Source: Bacteroidales bacterium (GTDB lineage Bacteria; Bacteroidota; Bacteroidia; Bacteroidales; JAUNSR01). From it: DNA of 64,000 bases. The translations under genes were made by a program, and so were the position numbers. The notes beneath the pieces were generated by a model. It did no database searches, was not told where the DNA came from, and saw nothing but the letters and a program-made list of their open reading frames with translations. This document shows positions 39,004-47,818 of this stretch, piece after piece. The stretch lies in NCBI GenBank assembly GCA_030539115.1, contig JAUNSR010000003.1:25359-89358 (forward strand), in the 5' to 3' direction. The stretch's first letter is position 1. Each line of letters opens with the position of its first letter.

Positions 39004-41775
39004 ATGGAAGAGAAAAAGTTATTCCTCTTGGATGCCTACGCTTTGATTTATAGAGCATACTATGCTTTTATCCGTGCTCCCAGAATTAACTCAAAAGGAG
39101 TGAATACTTCTGCAATATTTGGTTTTGTAAATTCACTTGAGGAGGTTCTTAAAAAAGAGAATCCCACTCATATTGCAGTATGCTTTGATCCTTCGGGACC
39201 GACTTTCCGTCATGAATTGTTTGAGAACTACAAAGCTCAAAGAGAGGAAACACCGGAAGTAATCAGAGCTTCTATTCCTGTAATAAAGGAGATTATTAAG
39301 GCATATAACATTCCTATTATTGAAGTTAAAGGCTATGAAGCGGATGACGTGATCGGAACTCTTGCAAAAAAGGCTGAGAAGAATGGTTTTACTACATATA
39401 TGATGACTCCTGACAAGGATTATGGTCAGCTTGTCGACACTCATACTTTTATGTACAAGCCAAGAACAATGGCTGCCGGCTTTGATATTTTAGGTATTGA
39501 GGAGATTACAAAAAAATATGAAATAGAAAATGTATCTCAGGTTATCGATCTTTTAGGTTTGATGGGAGATGCAGCAGATAATATTCCGGGCTGTCCGGGA
39601 GTTGGTGCCAAAACTGCGCAGAAGCTTATTGCCGAATTTGGTTCAATCGAGAACATCATCGCAAATGTTGATTCTTTAAAAGGTGCGTTAAAAACAAAAG
39701 TTGAAAACAACGTTCAACAAATTTTAGATTCCAAGTTTCTTGCTACAATAAAAACTGATGTTCCGGTTGAGTTTGATGAAAAAAGTTTAAAGAGGGATCC
39801 TTTGAACGAAGAGGACTTATCAAAAATTTTTCAGGATTTGGAGTTTCGACAACTTAGTGATAGAATTTTAAAAAACAATCTAAAAATACCTCAAACTGTA
39901 CCAATTCAAGGCGATCTCTTTTCAAAATTTACGGAAGAAAGTACAGAGATTGAAAAATATTCAAATCTCGAGAACTTAAAATCGGTCGACAACAAATATT
40001 ATCTTGTTGATAATCAAGAGAAAATCGACGATTTAATCTTAAAATTAAGCTTCCAAAATTTTTGGGCATTTGACACTGAATCTACATCAATTGATCCTAT
40101 TAAAGGAGAAATTGTCGGAATCTCCTTTGCCCTTGAAGAAAATGAAGCATTCTATATTCCACTTCCTGCCGACAAGCAAGAAGTCGAGAAAATTCTCTCT
40201 AAATTTAAAGGTGTCTTTGAAAATGAGCAAATTTTAAAAATTGGTCAAAACATTAAGTATGACTATATCATTCTTAAAAAATATGGAATTGATATTAAAG
40301 GCAAGATGTTTGATACAATGATTGCTCATTATCTTATTCAACCTGAGCAAAGGCACAACCTCGATTATTTAGCTGAGATTTACTTAAAATACGACACTAT
40401 AAAAATTGAAGAACTTATAGGAAGCGGTAAGAATCAATTAAACATGAGGCAGATTGCACCTGAAAAAGTTTATGAATATGCTTGCGAGGACGCCGATGTT
40501 ACACTTCGTCTTAAAAACATTCTTGAAAAGGAATTAAAAAAGGATAATCTTGAGAATCTGTTCTACAACATTGAGATGCCTTTGGTTCCTGTTCTTGCTG
40601 ATATGGAAATTGAGGGTGTCAAAATTGACACCAATGCTCTAAAAGATACATCCGTCATTCTAACCAAGAAAATGCAGGAGGTAGAAAAAGAAATTCACCA
40701 AATAACCGGAATTGAGTTTAATATCTCCTCACCTAAGGTTGTTGGTGAAATACTTTTTGAAAAGCTTAATCTTGATGAGAAGGCTAAGAAAACAAAAACC
40801 GGTCAGTATTCTACTTCCGAAGAGGTTCTTGAAAAATTAAAGGACAAACATCCCGCAGTTGAGCTTATTCTTGAATACAGAGGTCTTAAAAAACTTTTGA
40901 GCACTTATGTCGATGCTTTGCCTGCATTAATTAATAGTAATTCGGGGAAGATTCATACATCGTTTAATCAGGCTGTCACTGCAACAGGAAGGCTTAGTTC
41001 GAGCAATCCTAATCTTCAGAACATTCCAGTTCGCACCGATGTTGGACGAGAGTTAAGAAAAGCTTTCATTCCTGACAAGGGGTGTAGCTTCTTTTCAGCC
41101 GACTATTCTCAGATTGAGCTTAGAATCATGGCAGAACTTAGCCGGGATGAAAATATGTTGGAGGCTTTTCGCTCCGGTAATGACATCCATTCGGCTACTG
41201 CAGCCAAAATTTATAAAATTCCTATTGAAGAGGTTACTTCCGATATGAGAAGAAAAGCTAAGACAGCCAACTTTGGCATTATCTATGGCATCTCCACTTT
41301 TGGGTTAGCCAATCGTTTGAATATTCCAAGAGGTGAAGCAAAAGAGTTGATTGACGGTTACTTTGAGACCTACCCTGGAGTTAAAAAATATATGGATAAA
41401 AGTATTGAGATTGCCCGTCAAAACGGATATGTTGAGACTCTTTTTGGAAGAAAAAGGATGCTTCCGGACATTAATTCCAAAAACTCTGTAGTCAGAAGCT
41501 TTGCCGAAAGAAATGCAATCAATGCTCCTATTCAAGGAAGCGCAGCTGATATTATTAAAATTGCTATGATTAACATTGCTAAAAGATTTAAAGAAAACAA
41601 GATTAAATCTACAATGATTCTTCAAGTTCACGATGAATTGAATTTCAATGTTATTGAAAATGAAAAGCAGAAAGTCAAGGATATAGTTATCGAAGAGATG
41701 CAGAAAGCCTACAAAATGAGTATTCCTTTAATTGCAGACTGCGGTTTTGGCGCAAACTGGCTCGAAGCTCATTGA
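39004..41775 (+). CDS. polA: DNA polymerase I
   Basis: 923 aa with a 5'-3' exonuclease N-terminus, 3'-5' exo motifs (FDTES), and polymerase motifs (DYSQIELR, QVHDEL). Confidence 0.95.
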   Translation: MEEKKLFLLDAYALIYRAYYAFIRAPRINSKGVNTSAIFGFVNSLEEVLKKENPTHIAVCFDPSGPTFRHELFENYKAQREETPEVIRASIPVIKEIIKAYNIPIIEVKGYEADDVIGTLAKKAEKNGFTTYMMTPDKDYGQLVDTHTFMYKPRTMAAGFDILGIEEITKKYEIENVSQVIDLLGLMGDAADNIPGCPGVGAKTAQKLIAEFGSIENIIANVDSLKGALKTKVENNVQQILDSKFLATIKTDVPVEFDEKSLKRDPLNEEDLSKIFQDLEFRQLSDRILKNNLKIPQTVPIQGDLFSKFTEESTEIEKYSNLENLKSVDNKYYLVDNQEKIDDLILKLSFQNFWAFDTESTSIDPIKGEIVGISFALEENEAFYIPLPADKQEVEKILSKFKGVFENEQILKIGQNIKYDYIILKKYGIDIKGKMFDTMIAHYLIQPEQRHNLDYLAEIYLKYDTIKIEELIGSGKNQLNMRQIAPEKVYEYACEDADVTLRLKNILEKELKKDNLENLFYNIEMPLVPVLADMEIEGVKIDTNALKDTSVILTKKMQEVEKEIHQITGIEFNISSPKVVGEILFEKLNLDEKAKKTKTGQYSTSEEVLEKLKDKHPAVELILEYRGLKKLLSTYVDALPALINSNSGKIHTSFNQAVTATGRLSSSNPNLQNIPVRTDVGRELRKAFIPDKGCSFFSADYSQIELRIMAELSRDENMLEAFRSGNDIHSATAAKIYKIPIEEVTSDMRRKAKTANFGIIYGISTFGLANRLNIPRGEAKELIDGYFETYPGVKKYMDKSIEIARQNGYVETLFGRKRMLPDINSKNSVVRSFAERNAINAPIQGSAADIIKIAMINIAKRFKENKIKSTMILQVHDELNFNVIENEKQKVKDIVIEEMQKAYKMSIPLIADCGFGANWLEAH

Positions 41776-41792
41776 TAAATTTTTTTATTTAT

Positions 41793-41843
41793 TCCTTGAT
41801 TAAGCATTTGAAATGATTTATACTTAATCAAGGATTATATATT
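41793..41843 (+). terminator. hairpin terminator after polA
   Basis: TCCTTGATTAAG..CTTAATCAAGGA forms a 12-bp stem. The downstream T-tract is weak. Confidence 0.55.
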
Positions 41844-41929
41844 AAATCGATCAAAAGTTTAAATAAAAAAATGTTTTTTAAAACCTTATTGTGATTAAGA
41901 TATTTTAAATCAATTAAAACAATGATTAT

Positions 41930-42037
41930 ATGAAATCGCCATAACACACCTAAAGATGAGATATCAAACAAAAGGTATATAAATGGTGCATTTGTACCTT
42001 AGAGGTAACGGTTAGAAAAATAAATAATATACAAATG
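41930..42037 (+). repeat. start-codon-abutting repeat, copy E (plus orientation)
   Basis: ATGAAATCGCCATAACACACCTAAAGATGAGATATCAAACAAAAGGTATATAAATGGTGCATTTGTACCTTAGAGGTAACGGTTAG, then an AT tail ending in the ATG at 42035. ATG-to-ATG spacing is exactly 105 bp. Confidence 0.9.
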
Positions 42038-42655
42038 AAAACAAAAATCTTTTTATTTCTAATGATTATGATGTCTGTGAATATTATCGCCCAAGATATC
42101 AAACTGCCTGTTGCGCAAAAAAACGGCGGCAAACCTTTGATGCAAGTCTTGAATGAAAGGATGTCGATAAGGGAATATTCTCAAAAAGAGATCTCAATGC
42201 AGACTCTTTCCAATCTTCTTTGGGCAGCTTGGGGCTTTAACAGAGACTTTAAGCGCACTGCTCCTTCGGCAATGGACAAGCAAGAGATTGATATATATGT
42301 CTTTCTTAAAAAAGGCACTTATCTGTATCTGGCTAAAGAGAACATTCTTAAATTTATAAACAACAAAGATTTAAGAAAGACAACAGGTATGCAGCCTTAT
42401 GTTGAGACAGCTCCTTTAAATATTGTTTATATTGCAAATGCCGACAAGGCTGCCGGAAATAGTCTTGAAGAAAAAATGCCTTATATGTATGCCGATGCAG
42501 CCTTTATAGCTGAAAATGTTTATCTTTTCTGTGCTTCTTTTGATTTGGGCTGTGTTGTCAGGGGTTATATCAATAGGTCAGAACTAAAGAAGGAACTTCA
42601 GCTCAAACCCAACCAAGAAATTACATTGGCTCAGACTGTTGGATACAAGAAATAA
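42035..42655 (+). CDS. nitroreductase-family protein with N-terminal signal peptide
   Basis: MKTKIFLFLMIMMSVNIIAQ signal, then RMSIREYS..LSNLLWAAWGFNR and a C-terminal LAQTVGY, typical of the nitroreductase fold. Confidence 0.7.
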   Translation: MKTKIFLFLMIMMSVNIIAQDIKLPVAQKNGGKPLMQVLNERMSIREYSQKEISMQTLSNLLWAAWGFNRDFKRTAPSAMDKQEIDIYVFLKKGTYLYLAKENILKFINNKDLRKTTGMQPYVETAPLNIVYIANADKAAGNSLEEKMPYMYADAAFIAENVYLFCASFDLGCVVRGYINRSELKKELQLKPNQEITLAQTVGYKK

Positions 42656-42708
42656 AATAAGGATAATTTTTACAGCCAATATTTAACAGCTTAAAAAATA
42701 CAAAACTT

Positions 42709-42867
42709 ATGATTATGTTTATAGCTCTTGCATTTATAGTAATTATAGTATTTGTCTGGGTTCAATTTTTCAATTCTAAGAAAAAAAGAAAGAATAAAGT
42801 AAATAGATATAAATCGGACATTAAGAAGTCTTTCAAAAATGTCTCTTCAAAAAAGAGAAAAAAATAG
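42709..42867 (+). CDS. possible 52-aa membrane micro-protein with polybasic tail
   Basis: Below the track's length cutoff. ATG 42709 to TAG 42865-67 gives MIMFIALAFIVIIVFVWVQFFNSKKKRKNKVNRYKSDIKKSFKNVSSKKRKK. A terminator follows at 42943. Confidence 0.3.
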   Translation: MIMFIALAFIVIIVFVWVQFFNSKKKRKNKVNRYKSDIKKSFKNVSSKKRKK

Positions 42868-42942
42868 ATCATTTTGAAAAGTTCTATTTTATATATTGCT
42901 TAGATAGACAAGAAATAGAATTTCAGCAAAAAAAATATATCA

Positions 42943-42981
42943 CCGGACTAAATATAAATAAATTTTAGTCCGGTATTTTTT
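42943..42981 (+). terminator. rho-independent terminator
   Basis: CCGGACTAAA..TTTAGTCCGG forms a 10-bp stem followed by TATTTTTT. Confidence 0.75.
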
Positions 42982-43110
42982 GCCTCTGTTTAATCTTAAA
43001 AAAGCTGTCACTTGGCAATAAAATCACCAAATCGTCTCAAAAAAGCAATAAAAAGCTAAAGAATAATTGTCCCATTAAATATATAAAAGATTTATCTGCA
43101 AATATTTTTG

Positions 43111-43118
43111 TACTTTTG
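43111..43118 (+). promoter_or_regulatory. Bacteroidota -7 promoter box (TACTTTTG) for ychF
   Basis: Matches TAnnTTTG about 60 nt upstream of the ychF ATG. Confidence 0.5.
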
Positions 43119-43178
43119 CGCCTGTTTGAATAATAATCAAACACTTAAGCAAAAAGAATTTAATCCAATCAATATAAA

Positions 43179-44282
43179 ATGGCATTACAATGTGGTATAG
43201 TGGGCTTACCTAACGTTGGTAAATCTACTCTTTTCAACTGTCTTTCAAATGCGAAAGCTCAATCAGCTAATTTTCCGTTCTGTACAATAGAACCTAACGT
43301 TGGTGTTATTACTGTTCCTGATGAAAGGCTTAATAAACTTGCTGAATTAGTTCATCCTAATAGAATTGTTCCTACAACTGTTGAGATTGTCGATATTGCC
43401 GGTCTTGTTAAGGGTGCTTCAAAAGGTGAGGGTCTTGGAAACAAGTTTCTTGCCAACATTCGTGAGACTGACGCTATTCTTCATGTTCTTCGTTGCTTTG
43501 ATGACGACAATATCACTCACGTTGATGGATCTATAAACCCTATAAGAGACAAAGAGATTATAGATTTTGAACTTCAGCTAAAGGATCTTGAAACAATAGA
43601 TAGCCGTATCTCAAGAGTTCAGAAACAGGCTCAGACAGGTGGCGACAAGGCAGCAAAACTTCAATATGAAGTTTTAAAAAAATACCAGGATGCTCTTTTA
43701 CAAGGCAAGTCTGCAAGAACAGTCTCTTTTGAATCTAAAGATGAGCAAAAGATTGCTCGCGAGCTGTTCCTTCTTACAAGCAAACCTGTAATGTATGTCT
43801 GCAACGTTGATGAAGCAAGCGCTGTCTCAGGCAACAAATATGTTGAGATGGTTAAAGAAGCTGTAAAAGATGAGGATGCTCAAATTCTTGTGGTTGCAGC
43901 AAAGATTGAATCTGAGATTGCAGAGCTTGAAACTTATGAAGAACGTCAAATGTTCCTTAATGAAATCGGGTTGGATGAATCTGGTGTCTCCCGTTTGATT
44001 CGTTCCGCCTACGCTTTGCTTAATCTTGAAACTTATTTCACTGTAGGTGTTCAGGAAGTTAGAGCATGGACTTATCTTAAAGGCAGCAAAGCTCCTCAAT
44101 GTGCAGGAGTTATCCACACTGATTTTGAGAAAGGGTTCATTCGTGCTGAGGTAATTAAATATGATGATTTCATCTCTTTAGGTTCTGAAGCCGCATGTAA
44201 AGAAGCAGGCAAGATGAATGTCGAAGGTAAAGATTATGTTGCACATGATGGTGATATTATGCACTTCCGTTTTAATGTATAA
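43179..44282 (+). CDS. ychF: redox-regulated ribosome-binding ATPase YchF
   Basis: [15 protein letters not shown], the G-domain motifs, a C-terminal TGS-like domain, and 367 aa. Confidence 0.95.
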   Translation: MALQCGIVGLPNVGKSTLFNCLSNAKAQSANFPFCTIEPNVGVITVPDERLNKLAELVHPNRIVPTTVEIVDIAGLVKGASKGEGLGNKFLANIRETDAILHVLRCFDDDNITHVDGSINPIRDKEIIDFELQLKDLETIDSRISRVQKQAQTGGDKAAKLQYEVLKKYQDALLQGKSARTVSFESKDEQKIARELFLLTSKPVMYVCNVDEASAVSGNKYVEMVKEAVKDEDAQILVVAAKIESEIAELETYEERQMFLNEIGLDESGVSRLIRSAYALLNLETYFTVGVQEVRAWTYLKGSKAPQCAGVIHTDFEKGFIRAEVIKYDDFISLGSEAACKEAGKMNVEGKDYVAHDGDIMHFRFNV

Positions 44283-44309
44283 AGTTAGTTTTATCACTAA
44301 ATAATATTT

Positions 44310-44342
44310 AAAGGCAAACGAAATCATCGTTTGCCTTTTTTA
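44310..44342 (+). terminator. rho-independent terminator after ychF
   Basis: AAGGCAAACGA-AATCA-TCGTTTGCCTT followed by TTTTA. Confidence 0.8.
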
Positions 44343-44896
44343 TTAAAAAAAAGCAATGATATTAATTGTATTTTTATAAATTTTCATTTTATTTGTAATC
44401 ACTATTTATTCAACATATTCAATTTTAAATTTTAATTAAAGATTGATAGTTATTATTCAGAGTGTAAGTTAATCCTATTAGTTTTTAATAATTAATTGTT
44501 TATATTGTTATGTCTAATAAAAAACCGGACACCGATAATCAATTGAAGAAATAGCTAATATTTATTCGCCACTAAATCATTTTTATCAAATAACAGACGC
44601 CAAAAACATTTTAAATTTAATATAAGCACGCCGAAAAACACTATTTTCCATTGATTCTGTAACGCTATAGAATTTTTACAATCACGAAACATATTATTCT
44701 CACAAAAAAGAATCAAAATATAAATTATATAATTCTTATTCAGAATTATATAATTTCTCATACTTTATCTTACCAAATGATAAAGATTAATAATGGATTT
44801 GTAAAAAAAGGACTTTTTCGTGATGAAAAGGTCCTTTTGCTTAAAAATAAACCGATAGTTCAGAATTCATTTCAATATTATAATCACCATATTACC

Positions 44897-44944
44897 AGAA
44901 AAAATAAAGGAGTGAAAATTTCATATTAAAATTTTTACTCCTTT
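44897..44944 (-). terminator. rho-independent terminator after lpdA
   Basis: Minus strand reads AAAGGAGTAAAAATTT..AAATTTTCACTCCTTT followed by ATTTTTT. Confidence 0.7.
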
Positions 44945-44966
44945 ATAGAGAATAAAAAAATATGTT

Positions 44967-46316
44967 TTACTCGTTTATTGCTTCTTTTAAGATTTCACTG
45001 ACAGTTGGATGAGGAAAAATAGTTTTTGACCATTCCTCTTTTGATATTCCAAATTGAATAGCCATTCCTGCAGAGGCAATAAACTCAGATGATTGGTTTC
45101 CGAGAATATGAACACCAAGAATTTTATCATTCTTATCAAATAATATTTTGCAGAGCCCCTGAACCGTTTCATTTTCAACAACAAATCTGCCGGCATAAGT
45201 CATTGGCAACTTGGAAATGCCAAAACATATATTACTTTTTATAAGCTCCTCTTCGGTATAACCAACAGATGCCACTTCCGGTGAGGTATAAACCACACCC
45301 GGTACTGCATTAAATCTCATTAAATCATCATTTCCTAAAATATTATTGACTGCCGCCATAGCCTCTCTTTCGGCAACATGAGCAAGCATCATTTTCCCCG
45401 TTATATCTCCGCAGGCATAAACATTCGGATAGGAGGTCTGCATTTTATCATTTACCTTTAAACGTCTGTTGTCAAACTCAAGGTTTAAGACATCAACAAA
45501 GCTCTTATCTATAACGCTTCTTCTTCCTGAAGCAATAAGTATATTATCAAAACTCAAGTTCTTAATTCCATCTTCATTCTCAATACAAACAGTCTTAGGA
45601 TCGGCAAAAGAGGTAACCTTAGTATTTAAATAAAACTCAATACCCCTCTTTTGAAAATCCTCTCTAAGCATCTGAGATATCTCCTTATCCATGTTGCCTA
45701 ATATTTCAGGAAGCATCTCAACGACAGTCACCTTTGAACCCATAGAATTAAAAAATGAAGCAAACTCCATCCCTATCACTCCACCCCCAACTATTATTAT
45801 TCTTTCAGGTATACTTTTAATCTGAAGGGCATCAGTGCTGGTCCAATAATCAACATTTTCAATCCCATTAATCGGAGGAACTGACGGTTCCGAACCGGTA
45901 GCCAAAATAATTTTTGAAACTTCGTATTGCTCATTGTCGGTTTTCAAGATAAACAAACCGTTGCTCACAGACTCGATATGGGCATGTTCATTCACAACGG
46001 TCACACCCGCACTCTTAAGCCTTGCTTTTATACCTGCAGAGAGTTTTCTAATGATTTTATTTTTTCTTGACATTATTTTATCAAGGCTGAAAGAAACATC
46101 CGAGGCAGAAATTCCATATTTATCACCATTTCTCGAATGATCGAAAAGCTTTGCCGAATACAAAAGGGTTTTAGTTGGAATACAGCCACAGTTTAGGCAT
46201 ACACCTCCAATACTATTTTTTTCAAAAAGGACTACAGAAAGCCCTTTCTTAGCAGCTTTTTCGGCAGCTGTATATCCGGCAGGGCCACCACCGATTATTG
46301 CCAATGTGTAATTCAT
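44967..46316 (-). CDS. lpdA: dihydrolipoyl dehydrogenase
   Basis: IIGGGPAGYTAA, redox-active GGVCLNCGCIPTK, and C-terminal HPHPTVSE. The track start at 46346 is TTG; I use the ATG at 46316 (MNYTLAIIGGG). Confidence 0.8.
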   Translation of the reverse strand: MNYTLAIIGGGPAGYTAAEKAAKKGLSVVLFEKNSIGGVCLNCGCIPTKTLLYSAKLFDHSRNGDKYGISASDVSFSLDKIMSRKNKIIRKLSAGIKARLKSAGVTVVNEHAHIESVSNGLFILKTDNEQYEVSKIILATGSEPSVPPINGIENVDYWTSTDALQIKSIPERIIIVGGGVIGMEFASFFNSMGSKVTVVEMLPEILGNMDKEISQMLREDFQKRGIEFYLNTKVTSFADPKTVCIENEDGIKNLSFDNILIASGRRSVIDKSFVDVLNLEFDNRRLKVNDKMQTSYPNVYACGDITGKMMLAHVAEREAMAAVNNILGNDDLMRFNAVPGVVYTSPEVASVGYTEEELIKSNICFGISKLPMTYAGRFVVENETVQGLCKILFDKNDKILGVHILGNQSSEFIASAGMAIQFGISKEEWSKTIFPHPTVSEILKEAINE

Positions 46317-46361
46317 AACTATTTTTTTTAAATTAAGGTTTTGCAAGCACTTTAAAAGTAT

Positions 46362-46766
46362 TTACTTGGTAACGATAATCATGTGATTATATTTTCTTAT
46401 TTCTTTTATAAATTCCTCGGGGTTTTCAGGAGATAGCATTCTGTTTGCATAAGGAGTAATAATCTGTAGCCGTTCAAAAGAAAGGGCATAGGCGATTCTG
46501 TTATTCCTTATATATTTTATCTGCTCTATATCTGCCATATTAATCTTGTAGCTCGGCAAAAAACCTGATTGAACCCTTAAATACCCATCGGCATCGATGA
46601 TATATTCTGTATGTATTAAAGTTTCAACCAAAAACATAAATACAATAAGCATTACTATTCCAAATGCCACATATCTCTGCCAGAAAGAATAAAACACCAA
46701 ACCCAAGATTATCCATACCAATAAATGATACCATCTATCTATTTTTGATTTAAAAGTTCTTACCAT
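46362..46766 (-). CDS. hypothetical membrane protein (two TM helices plus a PH-like C-terminal region)
   Basis: From the internal ATG: MVRTFKSKIDRWYHLLVWIILGLVFYSFWQRYVAFGIVMLIVFMF... No family assignment is possible from memory. Confidence 0.4.
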   Translation of the reverse strand: MVRTFKSKIDRWYHLLVWIILGLVFYSFWQRYVAFGIVMLIVFMFLVETLIHTEYIIDADGYLRVQSGFLPSYKINMADIEQIKYIRNNRIAYALSFERLQIITPYANRMLSPENPEEFIKEIRKYNHMIIVTK

Positions 46767-46932
46767 ATTTTTTATTTGCAAGTTAGCAATAATATTTTTT
46801 TGAGAATCAAAACCATTATGCTCAAATTTAATAAATAACACTATTGAGGCTCATATAATTTGTTTTAAATATTAAAATAACTACATTGAGCCGTTAATTA
46901 ACAACTCCATAATTTTTTAAAATCTATCATAT

Positions 46933-47580
46933 ATGAAAAAGTTATTAACTCTGATTATATCTCTTTTAATTTTTTGCTCTTTTTCCTTTTCTCAGAAATT
47001 AAACGGGATTCAAGTTGTCAGCTTCAACCAGCCGGTAGTTGTATATTTAAACGGGCAGTCGGTTTCACCTCCTGTTTTCAGCACATTTATTGCCAATCTG
47101 CGCCCGGGATATTATAAAATCTCGGCAACAGTCGAAGACTTCAATCAATATGGGCAGTCAAGAGAAAGGGAAATCTTTCAAACTCGCATATATTACAATG
47201 GCGGTGGGGTTGAAACTCTTGAAGTCGACAAGCCACAGGGCAACTATCCTCAATACAACAATAACAATGACAGGCTGTTTTCAAGAGAAGATTTTAAACG
47301 CTTTTACAAAGAATTTTCAAGCCGGCAGTTTTATAAAGAAAAGTTGAAATTTATTTCAGTTTCCATCAATTCCGGCGCTCTCTTTAACTGCGAACAGGCT
47401 GTAAAAATTATTAATGGCTTAAATTTTGACAATGAAAAGCTTGAAATTGCCAAAATGTTACTTCCTGCCATAGTCGACCAAAAGAATATTTATACTTTAA
47501 TAAATAGTTTCTCGTTTATGTCTACAAAGGAAAAGTTTGAAGAATATGTCAAATCTTATCGAAAACCATCAAGACATTAA
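46933..47580 (+). CDS. secreted DUF4476-like protein
   Basis: Signal peptide. The C-terminal segment FNCEQAVKIINGLNFDNEKLEIAKMLLPAIVD resembles the DUF4476 repeat. Confidence 0.45.
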   Translation: MKKLLTLIISLLIFCSFSFSQKLNGIQVVSFNQPVVVYLNGQSVSPPVFSTFIANLRPGYYKISATVEDFNQYGQSREREIFQTRIYYNGGGVETLEVDKPQGNYPQYNNNNDRLFSREDFKRFYKEFSSRQFYKEKLKFISVSINSGALFNCEQAVKIINGLNFDNEKLEIAKMLLPAIVDQKNIYTLINSFSFMSTKEKFEEYVKSYRKPSRH

Positions 47581-47818
47581 CTTTACAACATTGTTTTTTG
47601 TTTAAAAAAGCAAAACAAACGGATATTCTTAAATAAAAAAATAACAAAACAGTTTTGCTCAATCGATTTTTTGCAACTTTGCATATAATTAAGAAATTAA
47701 ACTATATCAGCTGACAGTCTTAAATAGGAATTTAATCAGGAAAGAAATAATATTTTAATTATTTATCCCTTTTCTGATTAAAATGGACGTCTGTCTGAAA
47801 TTAGAAGCGGTAAAATAT

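Noticed and set aside
44555-44761. 68-aa ORF in the ychF-lpdA spacer
   Set aside because: It lies in AT-rich intergenic DNA, has an Ile/Asn/Leu/Lys-biased composition typical of random AT-rich ORFs, its start overlaps a perfect inverted repeat, and it has no recognisable motifs.
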